Position numbers and translations under genes: made by a program
Notes under the pieces: model-generated
The model's input: the letters and a program-made list of their open reading frames with translations, nothing else
Told to the model about the DNA's origin: nothing
Database searches by the model: none
Shown here: one piece after another, positions 14,000 through 27,500 of the stretch
Layout of the letters: each line of letters opens with the position of its first letter
How positions within the stretch are numbered: the stretch's first letter is position 1
Origin: Chiloscyllium plagiosum
Lineage: Eukaryota
Length of the DNA stretch: 64,000 nt
Assembly (NCBI RefSeq): GCF_004010195.1
Contig: NC_057757.1
Span: 7,404,942 to 7,468,941 of the forward strand
Direction: 5' to 3'

Positions 14000-14830
14000 A
14001 AGGTTCTGGTGAGCTGGTTCCATGAACTGCTTCAGTCAATGTGCTGCAAATAGACCCATAATGTGATAAGGGGGAACGTGTAGGACTCCAACCCAGTCAC
14101 ACAGAATGAATAACCTTCTGTATGGAAGCACCATTGAATGTCAAGGGGCAGTGGTTAGATTGACCGCTATTGGAGATGGTAATTGTCCAGCCTGTGGCAT
14201 AGAGATTAGCTTCCATCTCTTAGCCTAAGTTTGGATATTGTTCAGAATTTGATGCATTGTACACCGACTGCATGAGTATCTGAGGAATCGTGAGTGATGC
14301 TGAGCATTTTGCTATCATCACCAAGCATCCCTACTTTGAACTTATGATCGATGGTAATTCATTGATGAAGCAGCTAAAAACTGTTGAGCCTAGGACATTC
14401 CCCTGAGGAACTCCTGCAGAGATATTCTGGAGCTGAAATGACAGCCCTCCAGCAACCTCAATCCATCTTCCTATGTGTCAGATATGATTCCACCCAGTGG
14501 AGAGTGTTCCCCCTGATGCCCATTGATTCCAGTTTTCCTCGGGCTCTTGTTTCCATACTCTCTCCAATACCACCTTGAGAACAAGAACAGTCACCCTCAG
14601 CTCCTTCCGCAGTGATCCGTGCTGCATATTTGTGAGCCAAAGTTGTAATGAGTTCAGGAGCTGATGGGTCCTGGTGAAACCCAAACTGGGCAGGTTATGA
14701 CTGAGTTGGTGCCGATTGATATTACGGCCATGACACCTTCCAACTCTTCAGTTATAATTGAACTGATGTGTCAGTAATTGGTTGGGCCAGATTTCCCTGC
14801 TTTTCGGGTATGGTTTATACCTGGGCAATT
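14000..14830 (-). mobile_element. Old CR1-group LINE fragment (paralogues at 56860-57900 and, inverted, 62500-63500)
   Basis: KLESMGIRGNTLHWVESYL; GVPQ motif. Confidence 0.7.
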
Positions 14831-16964
14831 TTCTAATTTGCCAGGAGTTGTACCAGTACATTTCAGATCGGAGCTGCTGCTTATCCTATTCTTTTCTTTT
14901 TAAAACCTCGACCTAATGGTGGTTTGTACCTTCACCGGATTTTTTGCCAGCTTTTCCCGGTCATGGACTGGTCAGGGATCATCAGTTTGACTTTTTTAAG
15001 GGAAGGTCAAGCCTTACAACTTTGATCGCGAAGATTGAGGCAGTGACACGGAGACTGGAGACGGTAGTGCCATGGATGCTGTACACATGTTTTTAGTAAG
15101 AATTTTGAAGAGGTCCCACATGGCAGACTGGCGAAAACTGTCAAAGCTCAAACGGGACAATTTGGATCCAAAGTTGGCTCAGTTACAGGATACCAAGGGT
15201 AATAGTCAATGGCTGCACTAAAGAATGGAGAGCTGTCTCCATTCTTCACTACTCGGCTCCCCATCCAATTAACTCTGGCAGCTCCTCCCTCATGTCTTTC
15301 TCTGTACCTTTACACAATTTCAACACCGTTACATCTGATTCAAGACTGTCCCTCATATTTTGGCCACATCCTCCCCCAGGGGGTGGGGGGGGGGTATTTG
15401 TGTTCCCTCACCTTCAACGCCTTGATCAAGTCTACTATGACATGCTGCTAAATCCAGAGTTCCCTGTTACCTCTTGGCTCTCCCACAAGCTTCTCCAAAA
15501 AATGCCATAGACATTCCATAAATTCATTTTTTTCAGATACACTGTCAACCTGATTTTCCTTGTGCAGCTGTGTACTGAAGTCCCCATGATCACTGTGCTG
15601 CTCCCTCTCTTCCCTGCCTTTCTAACTTCCTATTTATTTTCTTCCCCACACCCTGACTGCTGCTGGGAGGCCGGTATACCACTCCCATCAGAGTTATTTC
15701 TCCGTTGTATTTCCTCAATTCGATCCACCAAGATTTTAACCCACCTAAGTCCATATCACTTCTTGTTACTGATTTAACATCACCTTTAGTATCAAGGCCG
15801 CTCTACCTATCAGGCTGTCCTATCAATAATATGCATGTTCTTGAAAAATTTTATTCCCAGCCCTGATTCGCTTGCAGCCGCATTTCTGTTGTAGCCACAT
15901 TTCACTGAATAATTCCAATCTGTTCGACCATCTCATTTACCTTATTTTGTGTACTGTATGCATTTCAGTACCACAGCCTCATTTCTGGGTTGACTACATC
16001 CCTTCTCATAGCTGCCCCTGAAGTTTACTCTCTGTCCTAATACATGTTCTGTAAACGCTCCTATACACTGTTGAGCACTCCCATAATTTTCCATGCAACT
16101 GGAACCCCCTTCCCACCACTATTTAGCTTCAAGACCTATTCACAACCAAAGTGATGTGATTCGCATGGCCTCTAGTCCCAGCGTGATTCAGGTTAAGCTT
16201 TTGAGCTCGGAGGGGGGAGCACCTGATGAAATATCATAACATTCAAGACTACGGGCATCATTCAATACAAGGGGCTCAGGGAGGTACTAACGTATTTTTG
16301 GCAGTGTGGACTCGATGGGCTGAAGGGCTTTTTTATGGCTACTGTAATCTCTTTTCTATAATCTCAATCCTAAATGGCATCCTCCTTATTTTTAGAAGGT
16401 TCACCCGGTTCTAGACTCCTGAAGCAGGGGAAGCATCTTTACCCTGCATTCACCCAACAGCCTCCCCCTAATGTATTTCTTAACTATTTTGGAACTTGCA
16501 TTGAACTTATCTCACAGTCATGAAACTCTAGACAACACAGGTTTGGTTTACACAAAATCTCTTCGTAGGACATTCTCACCATCCCATGAGCAAGTCTGGT
16601 GAATGAAAAGGGGACAAGTCAAGATGGAGGGATAACTTACCTTTGCCTCAGTCACCTTGCATACCACTTGCAGCTTTTGCAAGAGCTTTTGTGTTAATAT
16701 GAGTGGGATGTGAACCTGAAGGGCTGGGGCATTTCAACACACGTGCCAGCCAAGGTTTGGGAATCGGCAAATGCCTTCAGATAATCTGAGCGATGCCGAA
16801 GAATGTGGTCATAACTTGGAATGGCAAAAAGGGCAATAAGTCATTTTAATAGAATTTCAAGAGAGAGTGGTGAAACGCAACAAGGAAAATTTATTTACAA
16901 AATCTGCAAAGATGGGAACCATGAAGAGATTTGTTTGCATCCATTTGCGAGAACACCAAGCAAA

Positions 16965-17250
16965 TGGGTGTGGTGCAATGGTTCAAGAACTAACGCTGCT
17001 CTCTCAGAGGGCCAGAGACCAAGGTTCGATCCCAGCCTGGGGGTGACTGTTTCCGTGCAGTTTGCACAGTCTCCCCGTGTCTGTGTACGTTTTCTCCCAC
17101 AGCCCAATGATGAGTGGTTCGGCGAATTGGCTTTGATTAAGTTGCCCTTGGTGTCCAGGGATGTATAGATTGGGTGCAGAGGTCATGGGATTTATTGGGT
17201 TAGAGGATCAGTCTGGGTGGAATGGTCTGTTTCCGCACTGTAGGGACTCG
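16965..17250 (+). mobile_element. Old HE1-related SINE
   Basis: Diverged match to the HE1 consensus; similar old copies at about 3030-3210, 21640-21940 and 52000-52215 (-). Confidence 0.65.
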
Positions 17251-17727
17251 ATGGTCTGCTTTAGCTCTAAATCTGTGTGTCTCCTGTGCTGAGACCAGGC
17301 TTTATCTCTCGCTCAGAGTCCCGTTATCCTGCCTTAGAGTCTTGACCCTGCCCCCTCCACCAACTCCCTCAGGGGAAATGTAGAAAGCAGATTGATTCAA
17401 AATGAGTCAAAGACATTTTTGATAAACATCAAAATACACAAGAACAATTCCAGTCTCTGCATGATTTTGATTTCTGATGGGACAGCTTACTTCTTTATTG
17501 GGCAGAGCTGGAAATTTAAACAGTGCAGGCGGAGTTGAGATTGTGACTGCTGTTCCTTGTCCTCTCCAGCAGGGGACATCGTGCTCCCATTTCCATCTAG
17601 TCCTCCAGCCAACAGCTCTTGTCCAATGGCACACTACTGTTTCACTTGTGTCTGTTGGGAGTCTGGTGTAGCTATTACATTGAAGAACTGGAAAAAAATT
17701 AAAATGGCCCCCACCGCTATGTGCCTT

Positions 17728-18638
17728 TCAGCTATTTTGCTTCTTAAGTAACTGAATGATCCAAGTAACCGGATATTTCATTGTGCTTTCGAGCTGCTCT
17801 CTGAACCTAGACTGTGTGACTGCATAAATGAATGTATTTGTGCAGCAACTCATATTCCGCAGCATAAACCCAACTTGTTGAAGTATATATTCAGAATCAT
17901 TGTAATCTCCGGGATAAGTTGCTGTTATAATATAGTATAAGAAATCTATGACATTTACTAACCAAAGAACAATGAAGCTGCCGGATATGGTGAACAGTAA
18001 AATGATAGACTTCCTTCTACTCTCTATCTCTGGGTCTCTTTGATTCTCTGCCTTGCTTTGACCCCTCAGTCCCTTACGGATCCGATTGGTCACTAAAATG
18101 TGTCTGATGGTCAAACAGTTGAATAACAAAATCAAAGCGAATGTGAGAAATGGGGTTAAAATTGTACCAAACCAGTCAAAACCCAGCCACCCAGGGTCTG
18201 TATAATAACTTGACTTTGGGTGACAGTTCCAGGATACATTATTGATTATCCATCCAGGTTGAAGGATAAAGTAGAATGGGACATTTTTTAAACAGAGTAG
18301 GATGTAGATTGTTGCTAGAACCACAGTTGCAGTTTTCCTCGTGCAATATTTTCTTTTCAGCTTTTGGCAACAAATGGCCACAAATCGATCAAAGGAGAAA
18401 GCGATGGTGAACCAGACAGAATAGTCCATTGCTGCTCGACGCATGGCATAAGTGACACTACACACAGCGGTTAGGTCCAGGAATGTTCCCGGGAAATAAT
18501 AGTATTTGATTCTCCGCAGTATTACCTCAGTGATAATGACCAGGAGATCTGCCATTGCCATGGCCACCAGATAGTGAGTAGTGCAGATCGAGAGGCCACA
18601 TGTTCTTCTCGATAGGATCACAATTGCAATCAAATTAA
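17728..18638 (-). CDS. GPR139-like GPCR gene 1, exon 2 (TM1-TM7; spliced protein 325 aa)
   Basis: Polypyrimidine tract plus AG at 18639-18640; uninterrupted frame; motifs AMAMADL, FSFDRFVAICC, ECL2 Cys, CCTNTFIY, helix-8 SRFR. Confidence 0.92.
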
Positions 18639-19387
18639 CTGCAAGGAAGAGTAGAGAAAAGAAGCTGTAAATTAATTAATCTAGCATTCTGTTTAGCCAG
18701 AGAGGGGTTCAACTCCAAAAACAATCATTATTTACAAAGTACAGTGCATGTACCAAAAATGAAAATGTGCAAACCTGATCACAGTCCCAGCTTCACTGAC
18801 AATTATGATTAATAGAGTCAGGGCACAGGGTAATTGGAAACATCTCGCACTGAGGCAGGTTTTCAATTTAAATATCTTAATCAGGTTGCATGTCTCTGAT
18901 TTAACCTTTCTTACATTTTTCACAGTGGGCTGCTGAGTTTTCCATACCTTTATAAAATGTTGGCTGGACGGAGATGAAGTGAGGTCCCCAGAGAAGATAA
19001 GCTACTTCAGAGTATCGTTTGTACTCGAGGAAAATCTCCCCATTCCTAGCCATTCCAACTCTTCCCATGGACTGTCAGACACACTGATACAGGGTACGTC
19101 GATGTTCGGTATGGAACACTCACATATTAGACAACTAGCTTCCCTCACCCTCATAAATGTCTGATAACTTAGAATTGAAAAGTTGCAAAATGGAGATATA
19201 TTTTTTTTGTTGAGATAATTAATTTTAACAATGGGAAGGGAAAAGTAATGACTTTGACCCTCATGGAATGATTGAGCACCTATAGAGTAGCAAGCATTAA
19301 ATAAGCGCACATCGACATCAGTCAGAGTAATACCAAAGCACAGTTCACAGCCCAGTTTAAACAACGTCCACAGATATAGTCACTCAC

Positions 19388-19454
19388 CAGGAACTCCAAT
19401 AACAGCAAGGATCAGGTAATATATTTCAGCAACGCTGGAAAATATTTCACGCAT
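19388..19454 (-). CDS. GPR139-like class A GPCR gene 1, coding exon 1 (MREIFSSVAEIYYLILAVIGVP, start of TM1)
   Basis: ATG at 19454; 22 codons plus 1 nt; donor G|GTGAGT at 19387; phase-1 join to exon 2 gives GVP-V-NL. Confidence 0.9.
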
Positions 19455-19537
19455 TTTCTGTGTGAGGATAAGTGTCTGTTTTGCAGCTGGTACTCTGGCT
19501 GTATTACATCTGAGACGATAGAATTCCCTTCATTCAA

Positions 19538-19618
19538 TTTATACCCTGTGGAAATATCACGGGAATGTTGAGGTTGCAACATTGGTCTAATTGAATTTGC
19601 TTTTTACTTGAGCAAATA
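19538..19618 (-). promoter_or_regulatory. Proximal promoter of GPCR gene 1: TATAAA, O/E(EBF)-like site, homeodomain TAATTG, forkhead-like motif
   Basis: TATAAA on minus at 19538-19543, 84 nt upstream of ATG; TATCACGGGA(AT) 19555-19564; TAATTG 19588-19593; GCAAATA 19612-19618; same layout as gene 2. Confidence 0.55.
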
Positions 19619-20534
19619 GATCGTGCCATCGTGTGAAGTCAATGTTGTTGTTGAACAGGTGCATTTATGAGAATCAGTGATTGGAACCCTCCAAGGGCTG
19701 GAGAGTCGTGAATCATATTAATGCAATAATGACTTGAGCTTGTTCTTTCTGTCACCAACAGTCCCATCCCTCACTCTTATAAGCCCATAGGACCAGAAGT
19801 CACAGAAGTGGAAGTAAGCCCATTTGGTACATCAAGTCCACTCCTCCATTCAACCATTGGTGATAGGCCTTTCAACTCCCCTTACCACACTCTCCCATGT
19901 CTCTTAATTCCTTGCGAGATTAAGAATTTATCAATCTGTTGTTGCATTGACATCCCACACCAGCCTGATAAGGTCGCAAGTATTAGATTAAATGGGGCAT
20001 TTGAAATACGAGTTGGATTCACAGTTGGTGGAGATGAAGATGCAGGATTATGTGTATGTGTGTGTGTGTGTGTATGTTAGGTTTTGGAGGGTGGGTTGTG
20101 GAGAGGAGTGGGAGCCAGCTACATCATGCTTTGCAGCAAATGTCCCAGGCTCCAAAATCACAACCTGTGTAACTTAGAAGATCAACAGTGACAGACACAT
20201 GGGAACAATACCCCTTGCAAGTTCCCCTCCAAGGCACACACCGTCCTGACTTGGAACTATGCTGCTGTTCCTTTACTGTCGCTGAGTGAACATCCAAAAT
20301 TAGCACCACCCATACCCCCTCACATGCCTATCTAACAATGAGATGAATGTAAATAAGGCAGCTCACCACAATCTTTTCAAGATCAATTCAGGATGGACAA
20401 TTGCAGTTCTTGTCACCATTACTTACACCTCCTTTCCCTTCCACACTCTCCCTTGCAGTATCCACCTGTCTATCCCACTCACTCTCTGTCATTTCTACTC
20501 AGCCCTGTCACTCCCACTCAGCCCATGCCTACAC

Positions 20535-22630
20535 CATCCCTACAGGCAATGAGTTCCAGATTCCCAGCACCCTCTGGGTGAAAGCGTTTTTATTCCCACA
20601 TCTCCACTGAATCGGCTGCCCCTTACATTATATCAAAGTACACACCCCCGATCATTGACCTCTCCATCAAGCAGAAAAGTTTCTTCCTGTCCACCCTGTC
20701 TAATTCCCTCATAATTGGAAACATCTCAATCCTGTCACCTCTCAATATGCGCTGATCCAAGGAATCTGATACCTTCAGGGACCGGTGGACATACACACCA
20801 AGGTCCCTTTGTTTCTTGTTGCTTCCCAGGGTCCTACTGTTCATCATGTATTTTCTTGCCTTGCCAAGGGCATCACCTCACGTTTACCTTGACTGAATTT
20901 CATTTGTCGTTGACCAGCTCATTTGACAAGCCTGTGTTGTAGTCTCAGGCAATCTTCCTCTGTATTTAGCAGCTTGCCAACGTCGGTTTCATATTCAAGT
21001 CTGAATCATTTATAGAAAACACAAACAGAAATGGCCCAGACACTGACCCCATTGGACACAGATTTCCAGGCAAAGCAACACCAGAGCTCCATCACTCCCT
21101 GCGTTCTGCCAAGTCTGTGTCCAGTTTGGTAAACTTCCTTGAAACCCTTGAGCTCTTACATTTCCTATCAGTCTCCCATGTGGGATTTTAACAAAGGCCT
21201 TGTTGATTCCAAGTAACCTACATCAAAAGCATTGCCATCATCAATCCATCCAGTCAGCACTTTGAAACATTAAATCAAGTTGGTCAGACATGACCTCCCT
21301 TTAACAAAACTCAACTCACAGTATTGGACTAATCCCTGCCTCTTCAAATGCATATTAACTCTGCCCCTTAGAATTACTTCCAATAGTTTCCCCACCACAA
21401 ACGTTAGACTGACTGGTCTGTCATTTCCTAGTTTATCGCTTGCTCCCTTATTGAACGACAGCAGCGCATTGGCTGTCCTCCAGTCCTCCAGCACCGTTTC
21501 TATGGCCAGAGAGGAATTGAACATTTTTGCAAGTGCCCATGTTATTCTGCCCCTCACCTCTTTCAGCAGCGTGGAGCACATTTCATCAGGCCCTGGAAAT
21601 CTATCTACTTTTAAGCCTGCCAGAGCACTCAGAACCTGCATAGTGGCATGATGGCTCAGTCGTTAGCACTCCTGCTTCACAGCAGCAGGGACCTGGGATC
21701 AATTCCATCCTCGCACGACTGTCTCTGTGGAGTTTTCACATTCTTCTTGTTTCTATGTGCATTCCCACCCACAGACCAAAGATGCACAGGTTTGGGTGGA
21801 TTAGCCATGCTAAATTGTCCCTTGGTATCCAAGGATGCCTAGATGGGGTGAATGAGCCATGGGAAATGCAGGGTTTTATGGTAGGAGGTTGAGTCTGGGT
21901 GGGGATGCTCTTTGGAGAGTGCGTTTGGACATGTTGATTCGATGCAAACTCCACTCTGCTTACACTGATTTCTTCATGTGATTACTCTTGGTGCCAAAAT
22001 AGAAAGGGGGTGTGCCTCTGGGGAGGCTGGGAGTGAGGGCTGTTGGGAGACTGAGGATGAGAGTCTGCATGACTGAGAGTCAGGGTTTAGGGGAGACTGA
22101 AAGTGAAGTTTGTGGGCAGGCTGAGGGTGAGGGGTCTGGGGAGGGTCTGAGTGCTGGCTCTAGGCAGGCTAGGAGTAAGGGGTCTGGGAAGGTGGGTATG
22201 GGTGAGGCAGGGAGTGAGGGCTCTGGGGAGACTGGGAATGAGGGCTGTGTGCAGGCTGAGGGGGAGGGGTCTATGGAGACTGGGAGTAAGAAGTCTGGGC
22301 AGGCTGTGGGTGAGGAGTCCAGGGAAGCTAGGAGTGAGGGCTCTGGGGAATATCACAGACTTTCTCATTAATAATTATATCCGTATCATCCCTCTCACTT
22401 GTGAACGTTGACACAACATATTCATTTTGAACAATACCTATATCCTCTGACTCCAGGCACAAATTACTACCATGGTCTATAACTGGCCTTGTTCCTTCAC
22501 TTGTTATCATTTTACCCTTAATGTCCCTGTAAAACAATTGGGGTTCTCTTTTATTTTTACCTGTGTGCATGCTTTCCTCAGCTCTTCTAATTGAAGATCG
22601 CCCTTGCATATTCTAAACTACTCCAGGGCT
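20535..22630 (-). mobile_element. Fragmented CR1 LINE (paralogue at about 1950-3010), interrupted by a SINE and a minisatellite
   Basis: PGPD, DWRTAN, RPVSLT, GRSCLTNL; continues at 22370-22630. Confidence 0.8.
21980..22350 (-). repeat. Same minisatellite, inverted
   Basis: GGGAGTGAGGG periodicity. Confidence 0.8.
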
Positions 22631-22949
22631 TTTGCTATTTTAAGTTCCAAGTTCTCTAATGGGTGAATGGACATTCACTATTTATGCCCTCTATCTCCCT
22701 CACAATACATTTGCAGTCTCAAACCTAAAAGCCTACACACAAACAGACAGATAATTGCATCTGGATCGAGACGTACACATAAATACACTAAAGAACACAC
22801 TTAATAACACACACAAACACAGACAGTGAGAGATTGGGAGAGATTTGGAGAAATTCTCACTGAGGCACTTGACATTCACAAATCTCGATGAATAAACACA
22901 TTTTCTGCCATTTGTAGGCTGTATTTCTGAAATTATAAAAATGTAACCC

Positions 22950-23267
22950 CCAGCCTTCACAGCTCCCTCACCTCAGATGCTTCACCCATAGTCAACACAA
23001 AACCCTTAATCACAGTCTCCTGAGTGCCCTCACTCCCAGTTTCCCCCATACCAACACTCCCAGCATCCCCAGATCCCTCACCCACAGCCTCCACAGACCT
23101 CTTACTCCCAGTCTCCCCAGACCCCTCCCCCTCAGCCTGCATACAACCCTCATTCCCAGTCTCCCCAGAGCCCTTACTCCCTGCCTCACCCATACCCACC
23201 TCCCCAGACCCCTCACCTCAGCCTCCCCAGAGCCCCACCCACCTTTACTTTGGCACCAAGAGTAATC
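22950..23267 (+). repeat. Same minisatellite
   Basis: Paralogue of 3320-3740. Confidence 0.8.
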
Positions 23268-23594
23268 GATTTGATTCCTGACCCCCTTTTCTGCCCAATC
23301 TACGGATTAGGCGTCAGCTCACACAGACTCCCAGTGCTACATGGTGAGTTTCTAGGTCTCTCCCTGATATATCTCGCTCACCCATCACTGGGTATATTTG
23401 ATCACACTGCAATAGTTGGTGTTCCACACACTGAAATATCTGTCAATTGGGGTCGGGGGTAACGGTTGGTGGTGGGTGAAATGTAATTCCATCCCTTTTT
23501 TCAAGCTGGTGCCTGGTCATGACATTGATGTTGCCTGACTTTTGGTAGTGCGTTTCTAAAAGTTACGACCAGTCTTCAGGCTAGATTCCCCATT

Positions 23595-24411
23595 TGTTAT
23601 AATTCTGGGTGGGAGATTTCAAGCCGTTAAACAACTGTGCGAGATGAAGTGAACTAGCTCCTTTTGATTATAAACCTAATCGTGTCAACGGTTGCAAAAA
23701 GTTTCATTTAAAATTATCCCTTTCTCCCAGACCCAAAATGATCTTAGGATTTAAAGGGCCCTAATTTTACTGGTATTCTTGAATCAACAAAAATATTGTG
23801 GTTATTCATTACTAAACTAGAATGCATAATGCGACATTTCACATATGAGCAGATTAGAAACAAAAAGTAGGATGACAATGCATGACAAAATTTATAATTA
23901 AGAATAAGATGGGTGTGGTCTGAACGTTCTTGAAGGGCAGATAGTTAAATTTCATGAGCTTTGCAATGGAGGTTACCAGTAGACATGACTTTAGTAGGTC
24001 CTGCCGAATTTGAGATTCTTGGTTTATAAGTTGATTCCAATTCTTTCGGCCTGTTCCCTTTCACAAATGGCAGACCAGCATCACTCAGAGTGAGCAAAAG
24101 CCTTTTCCTGTTTTATAACCTGCAGCGCAGGGGTGCTTAAATCACAGTTTTCAAAACTGTGACCTTCACAGTACACATTAGTCTACACACCAGGATCTCA
24201 GGTCAGTAATACGCACAGATGAATGTCACTGCCTGTATTTAACTGCATGTTTTTAAAAAATATTTCAGGAAAACTAAAATGCAAATGTTCATGAAAGATA
24301 GCTTTTGGTGAGAGAGCTATCTCTTCCTGTCACATTTCTGCTCTTGTTTCACGTTTTCCTGGCACTCTGCTGTTGCGACATTCTACTGGCCCCATAAGTG
24401 TGACTTTGTCA
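23595..24411. repeat. Probable solo LTR (truncated paralogue at 4065-4440)
   Basis: Begins TGTTA and ends near TGAC/TGTCA; duplicated; no TSD confirmed. Confidence 0.45.
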
Positions 24412-24515
24412 GATAGTGACTGAATATATGTTTGTTCTCACTTTCTGTTTTTCATTTGACTTCTTTTGAAATGTTAAAATATCTGTAAAAGTAGTTTGTG
24501 TTGGTGACCCATTAC

Positions 24516-27500
24516 CATGACATTGCCCAACGCTGACCAAAGCACAGGTCCCCATTATCTCTCCCAAACACATGACATTCGAGCGTCCAAACATTTCTCA
24601 CTATGACTCAGGTCCTCAGACATGGAAACCCTCAATCAAACATCTGTCATCGCTAAACTGTCCATGCTTTGGACCAGTCCAACAGCTCTTCATTCCGCTA
24701 AAATGAACTCATGAACTAGAAACAAGAATAGAACTCTCAGCACTTCCAGTCTGATTTGCTATTCCATAAGATCATGTTTGATATTAACCTCATCTCTTGT
24801 TCAAGAAGATCACAATCATCCTGATGCCAAAGCAAACTCTTCCAGCATTCTTTAATGTCTACCACCCAGTGGCACTGACCTCCATAATGAGGACGTGCTT
24901 TGTGAGGTTAGTCATGGCCTACATCAACTCGAGCCCCCATCCTGACTTGATCTCTTGCAATTTGCCTACTGTCGCAACAGGTCCACAGCAACGGTGGGCG
25001 GCGCGGTGGCACAGTGGTTAGCACTGCTGCCTCACAGCGCCAGAGATCCGGGTTCAATTCCCACCTCAGGCGGCTAACTGTGTGGAGTTTGCACGTTCTC
25101 CCCGTGTCTGCGTGGGTTTCCTCCGGGTGCTCCGGTTTCCTCCCACAGTCCAAAGATGTGCAGGGTCAGGTAAATTGGCCATGCTAAATTGCCCGTAGTG
25201 TTAGGTAAGGGGTAAATGTATGGGTGGGTGGCGGGGCGGTGTGGACTTGTTGGCCCGAAGGGTCTGTTTCCACACTGTAAGTAATCTAAAAACATCACTT
25301 GTGTCTCATTGTTATTTTATAGAATGGTAACTGTAACAATTGCCACGTTAGATACAAATATGCTGTGGGAGGCAAAGCCCATGTAAAGGCAGCAGATCAT
25401 TATTGGCAGCAATGATCAGATCGAGGTTTCTATATCCAGGTTAAATTTGATGCCATGTGATTTCCAAGTTTCTTTTCCTCCAGAAAGCCCATGCGTCCCA
25501 TCAGGACTGAATACATTTTCTGGGTTATTGTGGCAAATGAAGTGTGGGATTAGAGAGAGAGAGAGAGACAGACAGACATGGTAGACAGACAATTTGGGCG
25601 GTGGCTCAGTGGTTGGCACTGGTGCCTCCCAGCATGGAGGACCACATGGTATATTTAGCTGAGAGATGGGAGGAGACTGGCTGGACCATGATCACTAAAA
25701 TACACTAATTGGGCTGAGGAGCTAGTTTATCTTTGAGCATCCTCTGTAATCCAATGTGATTCCTAAAAATCAAGATGGAAAATGAAGATAATCAGTTGGC
25801 ATCTATGATTCTTTGCTGGTTAGCTTGGCCAAGGTATAAGCAATTGAGAATTAAACTCAAGCAGAAAATAGCTTATTTTAATCTTTAAAGAAAATTGTTG
25901 AAAAAAAATACTTCAATGCTTATTTTACACAGCCATCAGAATGAGGGCAATGCAAATGCGCGAGAAAAATTGCTTCTGTTAAAATGTTGCAACTCATGAA
26001 TTGAAATTTTGATATGATTCTGAGCTCTCAAGTCCTCATTGACTTGGATAACTGCCGCCTGCAAATTTTCTTCTCGTTTACTCCCCATCCTGATGTGGAA
26101 ATCGCCGTTGGATCAGTATCACTGGGTGAAAATCCTGGAACTACCTCCCAAAGGGTTATTTGGTTGTCTCTCCACTACACAGACCTCAGTGGTTCAAGAA
26201 GGCAGTTGATCTCAGGGGTAATTAGGGACGATCAATATAGGGCGGCCAAGTTACCTTTATCATATAAGAAATAAAGTAAACCTGATTCTCCTACACTACC
26301 AGGATTTTCATACCATCTGTTCTTTTCATGAGAAAATTCAGCTCATGGAGATGAAACAATTTCATTGGATGGAGTTTCCTGGCTTGTATCCCATGAGGCA
26401 CCTCTCATGAAATGAAGGTGTATAAGTACAAAATATAAACATGAAAGAGTCACTGATAGTGACAGTAGCAAATTAAAAAAAAGACGAAGGGAAACCTCAG
26501 TACTGACATCAGTAGAAAGGAATAGAAGGATATTAAGACCAGCCTGGACACTGATGAGAGTGATGAAGAGGATTTGACCCACAATGGCACGGAAGGGTAG
26601 AGTGAGTAATCCACCAGGAATTGGAGAAGATTGTCAATCGAGTTAATCAAGAAAACCAGTCTAAGAATAGGCCTCGGCCTCAGAACTCCTGACCATCCAC
26701 CTTCTCCTGAATTTTGGATCTTTGCCTCTTCCACTCACTCTTTGCCTGTCTCCCACTGAATTTTGAAGGTTGCGATTTGGGTGTCTCTAGTTGCATGAAC
26801 CATAGCTTGCAGCTCCAACTCCTCCATAATTTCTGCTGCAATCTCCAGCTTTCATTTTCTTTATCGCTTCATGCCATAGCTACCAGAACGGGATACAAGC
26901 TTTTTTTATTTAGAAAAAAAAAATCCCTTTATGGGGTGAATGCATCACTGACAGAGTCAGCATTTATTTCCCATCCCTAATTGCCCACAGAGCAGTTAAG
27001 AGTCAACTGCACTGCCGTGGGTCTGGAGTCACATGTAGCCTGAGCAGGTAAGGATGGCAGTTTCCTTCACGATAGGACATTATGGAATGTGATGGGCTTT
27101 CCCAGAACTGACAATGATTTCATAATCACCCTTTGACTCCTAATTCCAGATATTTATTGAATTTATAATCCATTATGTGCTCCGGCAGGATTTGAACCCA
27201 GGTTCACAGAACATTAGTTAGGTAGCTGGATTAACTGTCCAGCAATGATACCACTAGGCCATTACCTTCCCTTCCCTTGTGACCCCTTCTGATCTATATC
27301 TGATGTTTTGTAGTTCTTGCTACTTCAATGGTGCTCCCTGACTGGCAGACACCGTAGACATTTCTCACCATGGTCAATTGCAATACTATTCATGATGTTA
27401 AACTGCACTTTAAATTGACTCAGTTTAGTGATTTCTGGCTTGCAGAAATACAAAACAAAAATAGCTACGCTACTAAGGATCAGCTGTCACTTAACAGTCT

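Noticed and set aside
17728..19454. Calling the receptors true GPR139 orthologues or classical ORs
   Set aside because: Multi-copy and divergent; no OR signature motifs (MAYDRYVAIC, KAFxTC); no phylogeny available
22012..23281. Gly/Glu- and Pro/Ser-rich ORFs
   Set aside because: Translations of the minisatellite
26470..26900. Possible Gypsy gag fragment on the minus strand
   Set aside because: Coiled-coil-like frame with stops and no diagnostic motif
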